From: an uncultured Gemmatimonadales bacterium
Lineage (GTDB): Bacteria; Gemmatimonadota; Gemmatimonadetes; Gemmatimonadales; GWC2-71-9
Length of the DNA: 64,000 bases
Assembly (NCBI GenBank): GCA_963821525.1
Contig: CAWGED010000019.1
Span: forward strand, 1,024,001 to 1,088,000
Reading direction: 5' to 3'
The notes below the pieces were generated by a model. The model was given only the letters and a program-made list of their open reading frames with translations, did no database searches and was not told where the DNA came from. This document shows positions 62,361-64,000 of the stretch, piece by piece (the stretch's first letter is position 1; each line of letters begins with the position of its first letter). A program made the translations under genes and the position numbers.

Positions 62361-63451
62361 TTCTTGAAGAGTCGGGCAAACACCCCACTCTCCTCGGCTC
62401 CTACCAACGCTTCACTCAAGGCCTGCATGGTTGGGAAACGATCGGCCGGTTCCAGCGACATCGCCCTTGTCAGAGCCACATCCAGTTTGGCGGGGAGTTC
62501 AGACCGCACGTCGCGGAGAGCCTTCGGCTTCCCGCGCAGCCGGGCAATCATCATCTCCTGCGCGTTCCGCCCCTGGAAGGGAAGCTGGCCGGTGAAGAGC
62601 TCGAAACCGAGGATGCCGAGGGCGTAGACATCGCTCCGGGCGTCGAGCGCCTTGCCCCTGATCTGCTCCGGGCTCATGAACTCGGGCGTCCCCAGAACGA
62701 TCCCGGTTGCCGTCAGCTTCGCAATCTCCGGCTCGGCCCGTCGTTCCTTGGCCAGCCCGAAGTCCATCACCACGGCCCGGATTCCTCCCGGAGAATGGGC
62801 ATCGGGCACCAGCATGACGTTTTCCGGCTTCAGATCCCGGTGGATGATGTGCATGTCGTGGGCATGCTGGAGCCCGTGGCACATCTGGAGCATGAGTGGA
62901 ATGCCGAGATCGAGCGGGAGCGGACCGTCGCGCACTTCGCGATCGCTCAGCAGCTCACCGGGGAGATAGGGCATCACCAGGTAGATCAGGCCGTCCTCGG
63001 TCTCTCCCAGCCGGATGATGCGGCACACGTTGAGGTGCTCGAGCCGCATCGCGAGCCCGGCTTCCCGGCGAAGCCGTTCGATCGAGCTGGTGTCTTCCTG
63101 GAGTCTGGGCGAAAGGACCTTGATCGCTACGGTTTCCTTCGATGAGTTATCCATCGCGAGGTACACGTACGACATTCCGCCTTCGCCCAGCTTCTTACCA
63201 ACCTCATACCGATTATCGAGGACATGGTTGGTGAGGAGACTGGCCCGATCGTGCCGCGGACTGCGGGCACGGGCCGCCTCCCGGACCTGGGTCCGGATAC
63301 CGACGCTGGTCTGCGAGGTCCCTGGACCGGGACCGGGAGGATGGGCGGCGGCGGCCGAACCCACTTCGACCAGCGGGGAACCGTCCTGAGGACAGAACCG
63401 CGCCGGATCGGGGTAGACCCGCTGGCACCGGGGGCAACGGCGGCTGCTCAA
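62357..63451 (-). CDS. Ser/Thr protein kinase with N-terminal zinc ribbon
   Basis: CPRC...CPQDG, LGEGGM, VAIK, HRDLKPEN, DFG, GTPEFMSPEQ and SDVY. Confidence 0.95.
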   Translation of the reverse strand: MSSRRCPRCQRVYPDPARFCPQDGSPLVEVGSAAAAHPPGPGPGTSQTSVGIRTQVREAARARSPRHDRASLLTNHVLDNRYEVGKKLGEGGMSYVYLAMDNSSKETVAIKVLSPRLQEDTSSIERLRREAGLAMRLEHLNVCRIIRLGETEDGLIYLVMPYLPGELLSDREVRDGPLPLDLGIPLMLQMCHGLQHAHDMHIIHRDLKPENVMLVPDAHSPGGIRAVVMDFGLAKERRAEPEIAKLTATGIVLGTPEFMSPEQIRGKALDARSDVYALGILGFELFTGQLPFQGRNAQEMMIARLRGKPKALRDVRSELPAKLDVALTRAMSLEPADRFPTMQALSEALVGAEESGVFARLFKK

Positions 63452-64000
63452 TCGCGGTACCGGTTGCGGCCGTCGGCCTTGGCCTTGTAGAGGTTGGCGT
63501 CGGCGAGGCGGAGCAGGGATTCACCCTCGCCGGCTCGCTCATCAGGATAGCAGGCGATGCCGACGCTGATCGTCACCCGCACCGTCCTGCCCGCTTCACC
63601 GAAATCGTGGTTGGCGACGCGACGGAGAATGCGTTCGGCGAAGATGCGCGCGCCGCTTGCCCCGGTCTCGGGAAGCAGGATGACGAACTCCTCGCCGCCG
63701 TATCTCGCGACGATGTCCACCGCGCGCTGTTCCCGCCGCAGGATCATGGCGAGCTGGCGAAGGACGTTGTCGCCGACCAGATGGCCGTACGCGTCGTTGA
63801 TCTGCTTGAAATTGTCGATATCCACCATCAGGCAGGCCAGCACCGTGCTGTAGCGGTTGGCCCGCTCGATTTCCTGCGCCAGCTTCTCGTTCAGCGCGCG
63901 CCGATTGAAGGTCTCGGTGAGCGGATCGGTCTCGGCCAACTGCTTCATCTGCTCCCGGCCGAGCACCGCGTTCTCCAGATCGTAGGCCTTCTCGAGCGCG
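63448..64000 (-). CDS. Diguanylate cyclase (GGDEF), 5'-truncated by window edge
   Basis: TDPLT, DIDNFKQIND.YGH..GD, RAVD (RxxD I-site) and GGEEF. Confidence 0.95.
   Translation of the reverse strand, partial: ALEKAYDLENAVLGREQMKQLAETDPLTETFNRRALNEKLAQEIERANRYSTVLACLMVDIDNFKQINDAYGHLVGDNVLRQLAMILRREQRAVDIVARYGGEEFVILLPETGASGARIFAERILRRVANHDFGEAGRTVRVTISVGIACYPDERAGEGESLLRLADANLYKAKADGRNRYRD

Noticed and set aside
1..64000. CRISPR array, tRNA/rRNA, prophage, integrase, reverse transcriptase or defence island
   Set aside because: I saw no spaced 25-45 nt direct repeats, cloverleaf motifs or hallmark proteins. A covariance-model search was not possible, so small ncRNAs could be missed.

Overview
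A 64 kb, GC-rich, densely coding bacterial chromosome segment with about 62 protein genes. The gene content suggests Gemmatimonadota, but that is an inference and I ran no search. I found no rRNA, tRNA, CRISPR array, prophage, integrase or transposase. Housekeeping and accessory content includes a PolX/PHP-endonuclease III repair operon, three ECF sigma/anti-sigma modules, tryptophanase, an MBOAT plus SGNH-like acylation pair, FadL plus a GDSL lipoprotein, cardiolipin synthase, a TolC/MacAB-type exporter, an SpdH-like flavoprotein, FabH, a PheA-DAHP synthase fusion, LeuRS, a chemoreceptor, several peptidases, an orphan E1-alpha, a Ser/Thr kinase and a GGDEF protein. At least eight genes carry small frameshifts, most likely sequencing or assembly indels. 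The most notable items are: (1) a roughly 510 bp DUF559 nuclease cassette bounded by 47 bp hairpin-forming inverted repeats with a compensatory base change; (2) an apparently leaderless Phe-rich leader peptide with terminator/antiterminator ahead of the PheA-DAHPS fusion; (3) six dispersed arrays with a 7-nt period, some inside coding sequence; (4) a secreted VIT-vWA gene with one ECF and two paralogous zinc anti-sigma factors; (5) three enzymes with degenerate catalytic motifs (PolX polymerase domain, a glycosylasparaginase homolog and a class V aminotransferase homolog). All family assignments come from motif recognition by eye.
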